Source: Octopus sinensis
Lineage: Eukaryota
Direction: 5' to 3'
Assembly (NCBI RefSeq): GCF_006345805.1
Contig: NC_043015.1
Span: 31,496,001 to 31,560,000 of the forward strand
DNA: 64,000 nt
In this document: one piece after another, positions 24,175 to 38,189 of the stretch
Layout of the letters: each line of letters starts with the position of its first letter
Position numbering within the stretch: the stretch's first letter is position 1
Translations under genes and position numbers: made by a program
The notes under the pieces: model-generated
What the model saw: the letters and a program-made list of their open reading frames with translations, nothing else
The model's database searches: none
Told to the model about the DNA's origin: nothing

Positions 24175-24590
24175 AGTGAGCTGGCAGTATCATTATCATG
24201 CCAGGCGAAATGCTTAGCAGTATTTCGTCTGTCGCTACGTTCTGAGTTCAAATTCCACCGAGGTCGACTTTGCTTTTCATCCTTTCTGGGTCGATTAAAT
24301 AAGTATCAACTATGCACTGGGGTCGATGTAATCAATTTAATCCGTTTGTCTGTCCTTGTTTGTCCTCTCTGTGTTAGCCCCTTGTGGGTAGTAAAGAAAT
24401 AGGTATTTCGTCTGCCGTTACGTTCTGAGTTCAAATTCCGCCGAGGTCGATTTTGCCTTTCATCCTTTCAGGGTCGATTAAATAAGTACCAACTACGCAC
24501 TGGGGTTGATGTAATCAACTTAATCCGTTTGTCTGTCCTTGTTTGTCCTCTCTGTGTTTAGCCCCTTGTGGGTAGTAAAGAAATAGGTAT
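24175..24590 (+). mobile_element. SINE family 2 as head-to-tail tandem, 183-184 bp period
   Basis: Head (G)CAGTGAGCTGGCAG...TTCTGAGTTCAAATTCC...GCCTTTCATCCTTTC; GTAT restarts at 24220, 24403 and 24587. Monomers lie at 29160, 43020, 49195, 50390 (+) and 5780, 36660, 41750, 54420, 54810 (-). Confidence 0.85.
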
Positions 24591-27500
24591 CAGCGGTTCA
24601 CATTCAATTAAGAGCTAGGTATGCTTTTGTTACAGAACATCCATGGACTTAAGTTGATACTAAATCTGTGTTTCATAGAGACATATTTTATAAAACACCA
24701 GGTTTTGTTACTCTGTACAGTCTAGATCCATGGGCTAGTGTTTAGTGCCAGTTTATACAATGTTAAGGGAATGCAAGATAAATCTCCTCCTGGTTAAGAT
24801 GTCAGTTGATCACAGGAAATTTTTTCTTTGTGAGGAATTAAACTTGATATTGCACACTCAAGGAATAAAATTCAATTTTACAGTTCATTTACTGCCTGCA
24901 TGATTGAATTACACCATCCATAGTGTTTAGCATCTTGGTACTGATTATGATGTTGTGCTTTATCAGAATATGAACCACCAGTCTCAAGACTGGTTGTCTA
25001 GTACCTTATCCACTCTGCTATCTGTCCTCTGTTAGAACTTGTATGTTATTCAAATTTGTAAGTAATTCCTGAGCTATGAGAATGGATTTGGTTGATTAGT
25101 AAAATCTTGAGATTTTTAAGTAAGATGGTCTTTTATTAGAATGCATAAATTATGGAACTTTGGTTAGAAATGAACTACAATTTCCTTGCAAGACATTCCA
25201 GAAATCCACTGAAACTTTTACATTTATTTCAAAACTTTTCAGTTAAAAACAAGAAATATTTCTGGTCTGGTTTAGTCTGTATGTTTCTTTAATTAAAACA
25301 AGATGTTGGAATTTGTGGAGATCAGAGGATATCCAACACAGCTAAATTAAAATTCACAGTTTTTTTCCCCTTTTCTAAAAATGCTCTATCTGTACATTCA
25401 AGATATTACAATTCTCATGATACATATATTGTTATTTTACTCCAGTTCAGTCTTCAAGTATTCAAAGATATATATATATATATCTACAACTACATTCTAT
25501 AGTCCTTCCTTTTTATAAGATGATAGGGATATTTGGGAGCCATTTCTAGCAATTCGAGTAGTGGCCATTTTGAGGCTCCCTACAGATGTATGTGACTCAT
25601 ATTGTTGTGTGGTTGTTGCTTTTGTTTAGCCCAAAGCCAGCTCTGAACAAACAGATCACCTACAATCAAAGTCATTCTTGTCATAACCATCCTACCTATT
25701 TCCTAAGACAATACAGCATGATTTAAGATAGATTCTGCTGCTATTTCTAGTAGGTCAATCGACTACATACAGGCTCCTTCATTGTCTCATGATACATGTA
25801 CTATTTTGTGAACTGTTCTTTCTCAATTATATATGACTTTATCCCTCCTGCAAGGAACCAAAGCTAAAAACTTTAGTATGAGAGCACAATGTCCTTTCTT
25901 ACACAATATTTGGCATTTTCCAGTTGAAATTATGTAATTTATTCAAGTGTAAATATCTTGTCATTGCCTGGCAGTTGTCCCTCCTCTATCTGTTGTGTAC
26001 AGGGTAGACTATAAAATGATAAACTCACTTTATTATGTTTAGTTTATAATGATTTTAAATAAGGACATATAGCTGTTTACTGTAAATGGCAGTGTTTACC
26101 GTGTAATAATAATATTTTAGTTATTGTAATAAACAAGCAAATATTCAACATTTAAATGACAGTATAGCATGCATTTGCACAACGAATGCGTGCTATCTCT
26201 TGAACCTGTTCGGAGAGAGTATATTTCTGACAGAGTCTTAAGTGTTTATGAATAGTGTAGGAACTGTGAGATAGATAACTCAGCCCTACTCTCTCTCTCT
26301 CTCTTTCTCTCTTTCTCTATATGTGTGTGTGTGTAAACAAACAAATTAATGTTGTGGTAAGTAGCTTGCTTACCCACCACATGGATCTCTATCCTTCTAT
26401 TATTCTTTTGAGTTCTCATCAACTTGCACAAAGCTCCCCTCTCTCAGTACTCTCCTCTTCCAGTGGAAGGGGTTTTTGTCTTGCAAGTTCTTGGTGACCC
26501 TGCCAGTGCTGGTGTCATAGAAAAGCACCCAGTACACTCTGTAGAGTGGTTGCTGTTAGGGAGGGTATCTAGCTGTAGAAACCATGCCAAAACAGACAAT
26601 AGAGCTCGGCTTCATCCTCTGGTTTGCCAGCTCTTGTCAAACCGTCCAACACATGCCAGCATAGAAAATAGATGTTAAATGATGATGATGATGATGATGT
26701 TATATGTGTGTGTGTGTGTGTAAACACATTATATATATTTACACACACACACACATACACACATGCATGTATATGCATATAATGTTGAATATAATGTTCT
26801 TGCTAAATCAATAAGTAAGGTTTTTAGACAAACTGAAATGTAATGCTAAGTAAACTCCTGCCCCAACACCACCACCTCTCTTACCACTACTCCCTCACTA
26901 CCATCTTACCACCACCACCACCACCACTGCAACCACCACCACCACTGCAGCCACCACCACCACCACTGCAGCCACCACCACTACCATGCCAAATTAGTTA
27001 TGTACTTTATATAAAAACATTAGTTTGTTTATGAAACCGTTTCTACATGTTGAACTGTAATTGCGATTGTGTTTGAAAATATTCCTTATTACTCACAGAG
27101 TTATTAAGTCAACGTACTTTCTAAATCCTCCATCTGGGTTTTACTGTTACTATGAATTTTTCTTTGTAATCTACCTACAAACTTTGACCTCACATTGTTT
27201 CATTGTTTCCAAGTCTGTTTTCTTAAACAACATTTTATTCATTTCCCAGAATTAAACATGATTTCTGCCAATCTTTCTTAGACTTTATTCTTATATTTGT
27301 GTTAATCGCTGTTGCTATTTCTCAAGAATTTCATATTTTATTTTATTTTATTTTCATTTTATTTTAGATTTTTATGAGTATCAGGAAAATTTTCACTGTT
27401 GACTACGTCACCAGTATTTCTGGTAATTACACCCTCTCGTAATTACGTATTTGAGAATATGAATGTATATAAATGTATATGTGTGTGTGTGTTATATAAA

Positions 27501-28042
27501 CAGACATACATATATATTTATTACTGGCGAAGGTCGGTTTCTTGTCTTAAAACTAGAAACCTTTATGGTACCTTTATGGTGTATCTTCAGACCCTAAGAC
27601 CTGTTGGCCTATGGCCCCTCGTCTCATTCGATCCCCTGACCCCAATGTTTGTTTTGTCTGTCCTCGTATGGTCCCCTCTTTTTCTCAACCTCATGGTTAA
27701 TAAAGAAATTGACTGTCAACATGTAATTTTTTTTAATTTGGATTAAAATGATATAACATTGGCACTGGTTTGGTATTACATGTCAAAAGTGAAAGAATAA
27801 CATCTATATTGTAATGTGATATAATATTGTTTCATTTTTATTCTTTCACTTTTAATTCTGTGATAACACTAAGATCATATGAATAATCTATATCCTAATG
27901 TAAACAATATTATGCATCAGCAACTTTCCGACTTTATGGCCATGACAGCGGAATGGTGTGTCAGTGTATGCCATCAAAGAAAAGACATTTTCTCTCCAGA
28001 AATAAGTATGGAGCTAGGAGGATTGTAGAACACCAAAGGTGA

Positions 28043-28275
28043 GAGTCTCAAGACAGAAGGGAGATGAGACTTTCTCAAGATCAGCAAAGGCATACTGGAG
28101 CAAGTCAAATGGAGTTTCAATAGAGAAGGGAGATGGCTTTCCTTTCTTCAGCAAACGCATGCTGCAATATGTCAAATGGAGTCTGAGGGGAGAAGGGAGA
28201 TGAGACTTTTCCAAAATCAGCAAAAGGCCTGCTGCAGCACATCAGATGTAGTCTCAAGAGAGAAGGGAGATAAGA
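28043..28275. repeat. Degenerate 67-70 bp tandem repeat, about 3.3 copies
   Basis: GAGTCTCAAG..AGAAGGGAGATG...TCAGCAAA...GTCAAATG starts at 28043, 28112, 28179 and 28249. Confidence 0.8.
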
Positions 28276-28377
28276 GCCCATTATTTACTCCCAAAACGTT
28301 TTGCTGTCAATGCTGCACTTTCCTGTATCACCTGTTTCAACATAACTGTAATATATATATAAACTATGCCATTCTAA

Positions 28378-28406
28378 TCCCGAGCAATGCAGGGTATCTC
28401 TGCTAG
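28378..28406 (+). mobile_element. Helitron 3' terminus
   Basis: CCCGAGCAATGCAGGG..CTGCTAG|T, the same family as 7395-7432. Confidence 0.65.
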
Positions 28407-28696
28407 TATATATATATATATATATATATATACTACCAATTATATACGTTTTTATTATTTTTTTGCAATTTACTTAATCATCGGTATTTTATTGTTATTT
28501 TAATTTTAATATTTCTATTATATGTAATTTTCTAGATGGTGCAATTTAATTGTTCATTTTGAATTAATAAAAGGTGTTTTTTTTTCTAATTTTCATATAT
28601 ATATATTATATCGTGTGAAATTTGATTTAGTTTTTCTAAATTGAATTTTTTTCCTGTAAGTTAGGATTAATATTCCCTCAAATAATAATTATATAT

Positions 28697-28738
<42 letters not shown>

Positions 28739-28940
28739 AAAATATCATTAGCATTGCCTCTCTACTGCTTCTCAGATAGCCAATCAACATCTTTGATGTT
28801 TATTTAAAATTCATTTGTTTCCTTCAATGTTTTTCAATTTTCTCCTTTGAATGTTTTTCTTTTTGTTTCAAAATGAAATTTTTTTTTGTGTTATTTTTAC
28901 ATACATTTTTTTCATTTGCAATTTATGCCATTCCTTTCAG

Positions 28941-29058
28941 ATCCACCAGAGCTGGGTGCCGTTTGGTTTGAAAATATGGATTACTTCCAGTTAGCCATCT
29001 ATGTAAAACCAAAGAAAATTGATTTCAACGATTATTGGAAAGTGACATGGACATTCCG
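28941..29058 (+). CDS. Cytokine receptor-like gene, exon B
   Basis: TTTCAG acceptor; GTAATT donor; phase 1-2. Splicing gives DVG|YPPE, the GxPP hinge after the Ig domain in gp130-family receptors. Confidence 0.85.
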
Positions 29059-29279
29059 GTAATTTAGATTTAATTTCTTTAGGTTTATCTGATGAAAAGG
29101 GGGGAAGATCTAAAGCTTAAGGATTATTTTTGGTTTTGGTGTTATTATTATTAGATGAGGGGTTAAAGTGGCGAGGTGGCAGAGTCATTAGCATGCTGGG
29201 TGAAATGCTTAGCAATATTTTGTCTGTCTTCATGTTCTGAGTTCAAATTCTGCCAAGCTTGACTTTGCTTGTCATCCTT

Positions 29280-29470
29280 TATGTCTTTGATTAGTTTATG
29301 TTAAATTATATTAATTTATGTCTTTAATTATGTTAATTTATGTCTTTGATTAGTTTATGTTAAATTATATTAATTTACGTCTTTAATTATGTTAAATTAT
29401 GTTAATTTATGTCTTTGATTAGTTTATGTTAAATTATATTAATTTATGTTAAACCATATTATGTGTTTTT
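29280..29470. repeat. AT-rich tandem repeat with units of about 37 bp
   Basis: ATGTCTTTGATTAGTTTATGTTAAATTATATTAATTT variants; resumes at 29709-29760 beyond a MITE. Confidence 0.8.
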
Positions 29471-31285
29471 GATTAGTTTTTGTGTTAACTCTTTAGCATT
29501 CACTTTATTCTTCCAAAGTTAATTCTTATTTATTCACATTGTTTTGAATTGATCATGCATTATTTTGTAGCTATGAGATCTTGACGAGGTAACTGTTAAT
29601 TATTAGAATATTGTAGGGTTGGTGTGAGAGGCCAAATCTGGCCAGTTTGAAGATAGAACCATTAGAATATTTTGGCTGGATGTGGCCAGTTTAAATACTA
29701 AGCGGTTAAATTATATTAATTTATGTCTTTGATTAGTTTATGTTAAATTATGTTAATTTATAACATCTATGTCTCATACTAAATGTATAGTCACTGTTCA
29801 TAGGCCAGTTAGTGCTGTATTTGTACTGGGAAATTTTATGGAGATGTTGTGTTAAAAATGAAATAAATAGAGGAAGAAAATGAAAAATTGCCCAATTGCA
29901 ACTGGTGAGAATGCCAGATACATTTCGGTTTTTTGGACCTTTTCAATGACATGTAATTGCAACCAGCAACATTCTTGAATTTGAATACATGCATTAAATA
30001 TGATACTTAGATGGCTGTTTTATACCGGATATTAATTTATATTGATATGTACTTGTGAAACAACATTGCATAAGCAGCAAGCACTGTGTATTAACACCAC
30101 ACTGGTCCTTATTATGCTTAGTGCAATAAATATCACACTGTGATGTTGTCACACTTCAGTCATTCATTCATTTGTTTGTGTTGCTTTTTTTCTATGTTTG
30201 CATGGGTCGGATGGGGATATCCTTAAGACAGGATTTTATGACAGGATGTTCTTCCTGTCGCCAACCTTCCCTATTTGAGGTATTTCTTTGTTCCACAAGT
30301 CTTCAAAAGTTCAGAGTGACTCTTCGCTCTTTTACTCTTTTATTTGTTTCAGTCATTTGACTGTGGCCATGCTGGTGCACCGCCTATAGTCGAACAAATC
30401 GACCCCAGGACTTATTCTTTGTAAGCCTAGTACTTATTCTATTGGTCTCTTTTGCCAAACCACTAAGTTACGGGGACGTAAACACACCAGCATTGGTTGT
30501 CAAGCAATGTTGGGGAGGGTGCAAACACAGACACACAAACACACACATACACACGCACACACACACACATACACACGCACACACACACACATACACACGC
30601 ACACACACACACACACACATGATGGGCTTCTTTCAGTTTCCATCTACCAAATCCACTCACAAGGCTTTGGTCGGCCTGAGGCTATAGTAGAAGACATTTT
30701 CCCAGGGTGCCGCACAATGGGACTGAACCTGGAGCCATGTGGTTGGTAAACAAGCTACTTACCACACAGCCACTCCTACATCTATAATGGTCATAATGTC
30801 AACAAGAAGTGTTAACATCCCACGGCTTACTCAAATCTTGCAATCCAATTCTTCAACACACCTTGTGCCTTCTGGGGCTATCTGGGCACCTCATTGCAAC
30901 TACCTATCTTTTGCAGCTCCTACGGTTCAATTTCTCTTTTTCTCCCCCTTTCCCTACTAGTTTTGAGTAGCTGTGCAGATCCTCTGCAAGGACCTGTACT
31001 GTCTACCCTCCTTCTCATTGTATCCACTTGCCTGAAGCCGACCCTACTCCCCACTTAGGTTTGTCGCTCAGTGAGCTGCATGGCAACCTGATTTGTATAG
31101 TAGTGCGCAGTCCATGCTATGAAGTGGTTGCTGTTAGGAAGGGCATCTACCTGTAGAAACCATGTCAGAACAGACACTGGAATATGATAGTTTGACACAT
31201 CAAATCCTGTCAGACCATCCAACCCATGCCAGCATGGAATGTGGACGTTAAATGATGATGACCCTTGCTTTTATTTTGGTTACAG

Positions 31286-31482
31286 AGATCCTGAAAGAAG
31301 AAGAATCTTCGAAGACAGCTGTCCATGTTTGAAGCACAGCTGCCAATGCTCAAATCCTTTCTATTGTATTGTTAACGAGAATTGCTACCTCAGAAACAGC
31401 CAATATCAATTTTCTGTTGTTGGTATTAACTTCTACGGACAGTATAACAAAACATATTTTGTCAAATCAGATTTAACATCAG
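31286..31482 (+). CDS. Cytokine receptor-like gene, exon C (Cys-rich part of cytokine-binding module)
   Basis: TTACAG acceptor; GTAAGT donor; phase 2-1. Encodes RDPERRRIFEDSCPCLKHSCQCSNPFYCIVNENC...YQFSVVGINFYG. Confidence 0.85.
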
Positions 31483-32621
31483 GTAAGTTAATGCGATTAT
31501 AATTTATTATTTTACTAACCTCCATTTTAGAGATGAAAAATATTTTTCATATTTACACCTGTACTGTGTTTATTTTTGGTGTGATCTCCATTTGCCATCA
31601 GATATTTTATTCCCCATGCACATAGTACCACACTGGATTTGAACTAGGAACTAAGAGTCTAACCATTAGGTTTCTGATGCATAGGTTTGTGGCTTAGGGA
31701 TAAGAGCAATATTGCCACCCTTATTTTAGACACAAAGGTTCCTAGTTCAAATCTAGTTCAATACTCTTTATATGTCCAGAATTATGGATGTAAGTTTTAA
31801 AATTTTTCTTCTCTAAAAATGAGTTTAAATCTTATTAACAACTCATTTCATATTTAGATATTTAATTAGATTTGTTAAACAAAAAAAAAAGTCTTTTTTG
31901 TCCATTCTCTTTTATATTTTAACTCTACAACAGCTTTGGGAACTCTACCGAGCCTCTGTGTAGTCACATAATCTATGTCTTATGGGCAACCATCAAATCT
32001 GCAGCAGAAGCAGTCCAACCTGCTACTATTACAGATTCTGTGACTAATAGGGTTTTTGAAGATAATAGTTGAAATGGCACTCATGTGGCTAAATAATTCA
32101 TTATGTCAATAAATATTTTAATATTATAATGGTTTTCTGTTAAATATATACTCAATGTATACTTAATCATCATCATCATCATCGTTTAGCGTCTGTTAAT
32201 ATGTATCATTACCCTTCATTTTCTGAAAAAAAAAAATGTCAAGATGGGCTATTTTCATTCAAAAGCTATTAGCATGGTTCACCCCAAAACTGAAGAATCT
32301 GAAATAAAAAAAAAGAATGATCGTTACACAGAATAATTAAAACATAACAAAGGTGTTGCCATAGTGTGCAAACCAGCTGGGAAAAGTTTTATCAAAATCG
32401 ATTCACAGAAAACCAAAAAATCCTAAATTTCACTCCTAAGCTTTTAGCGTGGTTCTGGGTGTATATAACAAACCCATCTTCCTGTTCTTGGGTGACTACA
32501 ACAAACAGACATTATTCTCCTTTAAGATGCTTCGGGTTATTGACATTGTATAAGATATGAATATTCTATGAATAAAATATGAACATTGTATAAATGGAAT
32601 ATTCGTGTTTGTATTTTCTAG

Positions 32622-32779
32622 TAAAACTTCAATCCTTAATCAAAAAAGAAGTCACAGCCACTGATTCATCTTTAACATTTTCTTGGACGTGGTTCCTTCA
32701 GAATCTATTATCACCCTATATTATTCCAATATGTAACCTTTCATATAAATCAGAATGGAATAATCAAGTAACAGAATTA
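32622..32779 (+). CDS. Cytokine receptor-like gene, exon D
   Basis: TTTCTAG acceptor; GTAAGT donor; phase 1-0. Encodes VKLQSLIKKEVTATDSSLTFSW...CNLSYKSEW. Confidence 0.85.
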
Positions 32780-33590
32780 GTAAGTATAGTTTTTTTTTCT
32801 TTTTCTTTTTTTTTTAAATTACTGACTCTGGAAGAGAGGTTTTGCCTATGGTTTCCTCAAAGGATATGAAATTCTTTCACACAGCCAGTTTGATGCTGCT
32901 TATTTGGTATTCCTGATTTGATGCTGACTTATTTGGCATCAGATGTTTTAATATTTGTCTCATTCTCCCCTACTCTTTCTCTTCCTGTTGTAATCCTTAC
33001 GATGTTGGATTGCTATAACACCCACTTCGGTATACAGCATACTTTGGTAAAACCAGTAAAGACATGACTATCTCTGACTGCCTACTATGTACTCCCATAC
33101 TGCATGTACTTCTTTTTACTTATAGTGACTAGGTTATTCCATCCGTCATGTGGGAGGAGTGTACTAATTCCCTGCAACTTCTCCCCTTCTAAGTTTTTCT
33201 TAGGAAGTGTCATTTTACTTAGCAATACTTGTAGCAGTACTTTTATATCGACTGCAATAACATACTAAGAAAATCATCCCTCTGAGGATTTATGTGGTTG
33301 CCTAACCAGCTAGAAATAGCAGCCAAATATTTCTTAACTCATGTCCTTACAGTCATCAATAATGCAGTCCTGCAAACATTATGCTTTACTAAGAGACAAG
33401 ATGATGATAGCTCAATTTCCTTTGATCATAATTTAACTCAATTACGGTTGACCTGCGGTCAAAATCATAACAATAACACTGGAATGTTGGCTCAAATACC
33501 ATATAAATGACAGTGCAATTTTTTTGAAATCCTTGTTTACATATTTTACAAACATCTTTGTATTATATCTTTCCTGTTTTTTTTTTACAG

Positions 33591-33726
33591 AATACTACAC
33601 TTGATAAAATATCCTTGGCCAAGTTAATGCCAACTACCTTGTATACCATTACTCTTAAGTGTAAATTGTCTGAGAGTCCTTACTGGAGTGACCCAGTAAC
33701 TGTCCAGAACCGAACATTGGCCATAA
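33591..33726 (+). CDS. Cytokine receptor-like gene, exon E (degenerate WSxWS motif)
   Basis: T-rich TACAG acceptor; GTAAGT donor; phase 0-1. Encodes LAKLMPTTLYTITLKCKLSESPYWSDPV (compare gp130 GYWSDWS). Confidence 0.9.
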
Positions 33727-34278
33727 GTAAGTAACTTATATACTTTCATAATTTCACCCTAATTAGTGATATTGAATAATATTAATATCATTCAGCATTA
33801 TTATGACAATATTTTGATGTGAGGCAGTATCTTTATAATGATCTTGAGTTCTATATTGTTTGTGTTATCAAGAAATATTTCTGTGATATTAAGTGATATT
33901 TGTACAATATACATTAATATTGTGATATCAAGACCATATTTTTAAAGAAAGCCATTTACGCAACTGCTGTGCTGTGGCAGAACTGGGTACATACATGTAC
34001 ATGTCTCTGTCGGTCTCTTTGTGTCTCTGTCAGTCTCTTTGTGTCTCTGTCAGTCTCTTTCTGTTTTCCTCTCTCTTTCTCTTTCTGTTCTCAGCATGCA
34101 ACTCCTCTCTACTTTCACTATGGCCTGTAACCTTTCTTTCTAACTGATACTCCTATGGCTAACAAGTACTGTCTTCAGGCATTAAAACCATGAAAATCCT
34201 TAGATCAACAGATGACGAGGGGTATTTTTTTGCTTATTCAATATGTTCTCATCATTTATCAAACTTCTGTCTCTCACA

Positions 34279-34309
<31 letters not shown>

Positions 34310-34319
34310 TCTCTCTCAC

Positions 34320-34412
<93 letters not shown>

Positions 34413-34707
34413 GCTTCTAGCATTAATTGATATGCTCTAATACATAGATATGTACAAACATCATCCTCTCCACATGGAAAGGATTGAGTATTTGATGTAG
34501 AAAAGGATCATTATGAGCCTTTTCATTGACAAGTCCATATTGAAATGTCTCTTCGGATCCCCTTGTTTTATATTCAAATCTTTGCTTAGCAAACCTTGAT
34601 TTCCGAACAATTATCATATCAGTTGCAACAATTCTGATACACCCACTGCTTTATATATATATTTTTTCTATTTATTATTTTACATTTTTTTTTTTTTTGC
34701 CTTTCAG

Positions 34708-34799
34708 CTCCTGATATGACACTCCCTACGTTAAATGGCAGCTACCTGGACTGGAAATGTTTAGATGGTGCACGCCGTTGCTTAACAGTTTTCTGGAAG
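34708..34799 (+). CDS. Cytokine receptor-like gene, exon F (FN3 N-half)
   Basis: Long T tract and TTTCAG acceptor; weaker GTCAAC donor; phase 1-0. Encodes TPDMTLPTLNGSY...RRCLTVFWK. Confidence 0.8.
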
Positions 34800-35328
34800 G
34801 TCAACATTTTACTGATGCATGCGTATGCATATATGTATGTGTTTGCGTGTGTGTGTATGTGTATGTGCGATGTGTCTATATGTATCTTATATATATATCT
34901 TATCTTTTATTTATTTCTCGCCGGTGGCACGTAAAAAGCACCATCCGTCCGTGGCCGTTTGCCAGCTCCGTCTGGCACCTGTGCGGGTGGCACATAAAAA
35001 GCACCCACTACACTCACGGAGTGGTTGGCGTTAGGAAGGGCATCCAGCCGTAGAAACACTGCCGGATCAGGCTGGGCCTGATGCAGCCTTCTGGCTTCAC
35101 AGACCCCAGTTGAACCATCCAACCCATGCTAGCATGGAAAGTGGACGCTAAATGATGATGATTAGACTGTGGCCATGGTAGGGCATTGCCTTGAAGATTA
35201 TTGTTGAATGAATTGATGCGAGTGTTTTATTATTTTTTAATTGTATCTAAATGTAATCATATCTTACTAATTAGATGATGCTTATACGTGAAAGAAATAC
35301 TCACAAAGTAGAGCTCCATTTATAATTA

Positions 35329-35630
35329 GTTAGTTAGTTAGTTAATTTTTTGCCTCAAAAAGCAAGGCCATGTAGGGGGACATGGAGTTATGTGCAGGGT
35401 GGTGTTCATGCAAAGTGTTCAGGCCATTTCAGGTCAAGAGAGACTTTGAACCGAGCAGTCGTCGGCATCTTCACTATCTCGTCCAGCAGCTTATTCCACG
35501 GATCCGCAACCCGGACGGAGAAAGCCCCACTCCTTCGATTGAGATGAAATCGTCGCAGATAGAGCTTTTCGGAGTGACCCCACAGCCGACACTCAGTAGC
35601 AGGAGTGAAGAACAGCTCTATTACATTAAA
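35329..35630 (-). mobile_element. 5'-truncated CR1/L2-type LINE 3' end with (AACT)n tail
   Basis: Peptide RLWGHSEKL...FSVRVADPWNKL...FKVSLD; CpG-rich, so probably young; TTAG repeats at 35329-35344. Confidence 0.85.
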
Positions 35631-36620
35631 CACCAGTATATTGTTAGTTCAATTCAAAATAGCATTATATGATGCTACATTTGACATAACCATTATTTGT
35701 CTAAGCCTGCTAATTGCATTTGTTATTCTGGTTTTCTATATCTTTATACTCTTATTTTGATCTCTGTCCGCTACAGTGACTGAGATTTTATATTTTAAAA
35801 ACATTCTTCATGAGATAACATTCTTGTCATGTAAAATTATTCATCATAATCATCACCATCATTTAACGGCTGTTTTCTATACTGGCATGGGTTGGACGGT
35901 TTGGCTGGGGGCTGGCAATCCTGGAGGCCTCACCAGGCCCCAATCTAATCTGGCAATGTTTCTACAGCTGGATGCCCTTCCTAACACCCACCACTCCGAG
36001 AGTGTAGTGGGTGCTTTTTACGTGCCACCAGCACAGGAGCCAGTCAGGCGGCACTGGCATTGGCCACATTCGGATGGTGTTTTTTACGTGCTACATGCAC
36101 AGGAGCCAGTCAGAGCCCCGGGGGGAGGGGGAATTGACCACATTCGGATGGTGCTTTTTACATTCCACCAGCATGGGGAGCCAGTCAGGCGGCACTGGCA
36201 ACAACCCATGCAATGAATGGTGCTTATTACATACCACCAGCACAGGAGCCAGTCAGGCGGCACTAGCATTGGCTACAACTACAATTTCCATTTTTGATTA
36301 TGATTTGATTTTGATTCTGATTTTGATTTTGATTTACTGGACTCAATAGATCACCTCAAGCATGGCATGTCGCCCGCCAATTCAAAGGTACTTTTTAAAT
36401 GGGCTGGTTATGCAACACTGGTATAGGCTATGGCTGTGATCTCACTTTACTTGCCAGATCTTCTCAATCACAGCATATCTCCAGAGGTCTTAGTCTTTCA
36501 TCATTGCCTCTGTTAGGCCCAAACTTTTGAAGGTCATGCTTCACCACCTCATCCTATGTCTTCCTGGATCTCCCTCTTCCATGAGTTCCTTCCACTGTTA
36601 GGGAGTGACACTTCTTCATG

Positions 36621-36654
<34 letters not shown>

Positions 36655-36914
36655 AATTTTGGAGAGGTGTATAATCAGTTAAATCAACCTCCTAATACTT
36701 GACTAGTATTTCATTATTTTATCAATTTTGGAAAGATGAAAGACAAAATAGGCCTCAGTAGGATTTGAACTCAGAATGTGTTGGGTTGGAATTAAATACC
36801 ACAAGGCAGTCTGTCCAGTGTTAATGTTTCTGCCAGCATCCCACCACTATCATCTTAATTTGAAAACAACAATAAATCAGATCTCTTCAGTTTTCTGTTT
36901 TTTTCTTTTTGCAG

Positions 36915-37140
36915 CAAATTCCTGAATACTTCCCCATAGAACTGATTCAGTATATACAGGTCCAGGTAACTGGTACCAATTCCAACACATCTTATACCAT
37001 GAAATTGGCACCAAGCGCCGTTTCAGCAGACTTGACTTCACTCAGTAAATATGACTATTATCATGTGAAAATCTCCGTAGTCTTCAGAAATGGTAAACAA
37101 TCTGCAATGGCTTATCAGCATATTCCGGAACTAAAGATGT
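36915..37140 (+). CDS. Cytokine receptor-like gene, exon G (FN3 C-half)
   Basis: TTTTGCAG acceptor; GTAAGT donor; phase 0-1. Encodes ...LTSLSKYDYYHVKISVVFRNG. Confidence 0.9.
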
Positions 37141-37299
37141 GTAAGTGTTTTAAATTTCAGACTTTCTTTGAGGTAATAACGTCAACACACACACACACAC
37201 TGACGCACATATGCAATAGTATGTAGGTAAAGGAATTTTTGAACATGTATATGTGTGTATTTGTGTTAGCATGTGAAAGATGTGTGCATGTAGGTGTGT

Positions 37300-37308
37300 G
37301 TATATGTG

Positions 37309-37356
<48 letters not shown>

Positions 37357-37381
37357 ACATATATACACATATATACACATA

Positions 37382-37431
<50 letters not shown>

Positions 37432-37543
37432 TGTTCATATATATATATATGTTTATATATGTATATATGTTTGTATATATATATATATTTATATATGTAT
37501 ATATGTTTGTATATATATATATATTTATATATGTATGTATGTT

Positions 37544-37585
<42 letters not shown>

Positions 37586-37706
37586 ATGTATATATATATA
37601 TCTATCTTATATATATATATATATGTATATATATATCTATCTATATATATAATATATGTATATATATATCTATCTATATATATATATTATGTATATATCT
37701 ATCTAT

Positions 37707-37745
<39 letters not shown>

Positions 37746-37779
37746 ATCTATATATATATATATTATATATATATATCTA

Positions 37780-37812
<33 letters not shown>

Positions 37813-37920
37813 ATATATATATATATATATGTATGTTTATATAGATGAATCTATGAATGTATATTTACATGTATATATTTGCATGTTTGTGTGTGCATGT
37901 GTATGTTTGTGTATGTGTGT
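37300..37920. repeat. (TA)n/TATC compound microsatellite
   Basis: Direct reading. Confidence 0.95.
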
Positions 37921-38142
37921 GTGAATCTATTACAGAACACATAAGTATAGAAGATGTTTACATAACAATTATGAACTTCCCCGTTCATCTCCACCCAGAG
38001 CTCAAACACGTTACCTAAGAAAATATTCCAAGTTAAAAATATGATTTATGAAAATAGAACAAATAGAACCAAGTTTTATTTGCAATAAGATACTGCACAA
38101 AGAAATTATTACTCACATGTGTGTGTATACGTGTGTGTGTGT

Positions 38143-38189
<47 letters not shown>

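Noticed and set aside
34423-34650. Minus-strand ORF with NDPFLHQIL resembling mariner
   Set aside because: No other transposase motifs or TIRs, and no convincing splice partners.
35777-36216. 146-aa ORF after an AG, as an additional receptor exon
   Set aside because: It runs into an RTE 3' repeat, shows no FN3 pattern, and exons E-F-G already join in phase without it.
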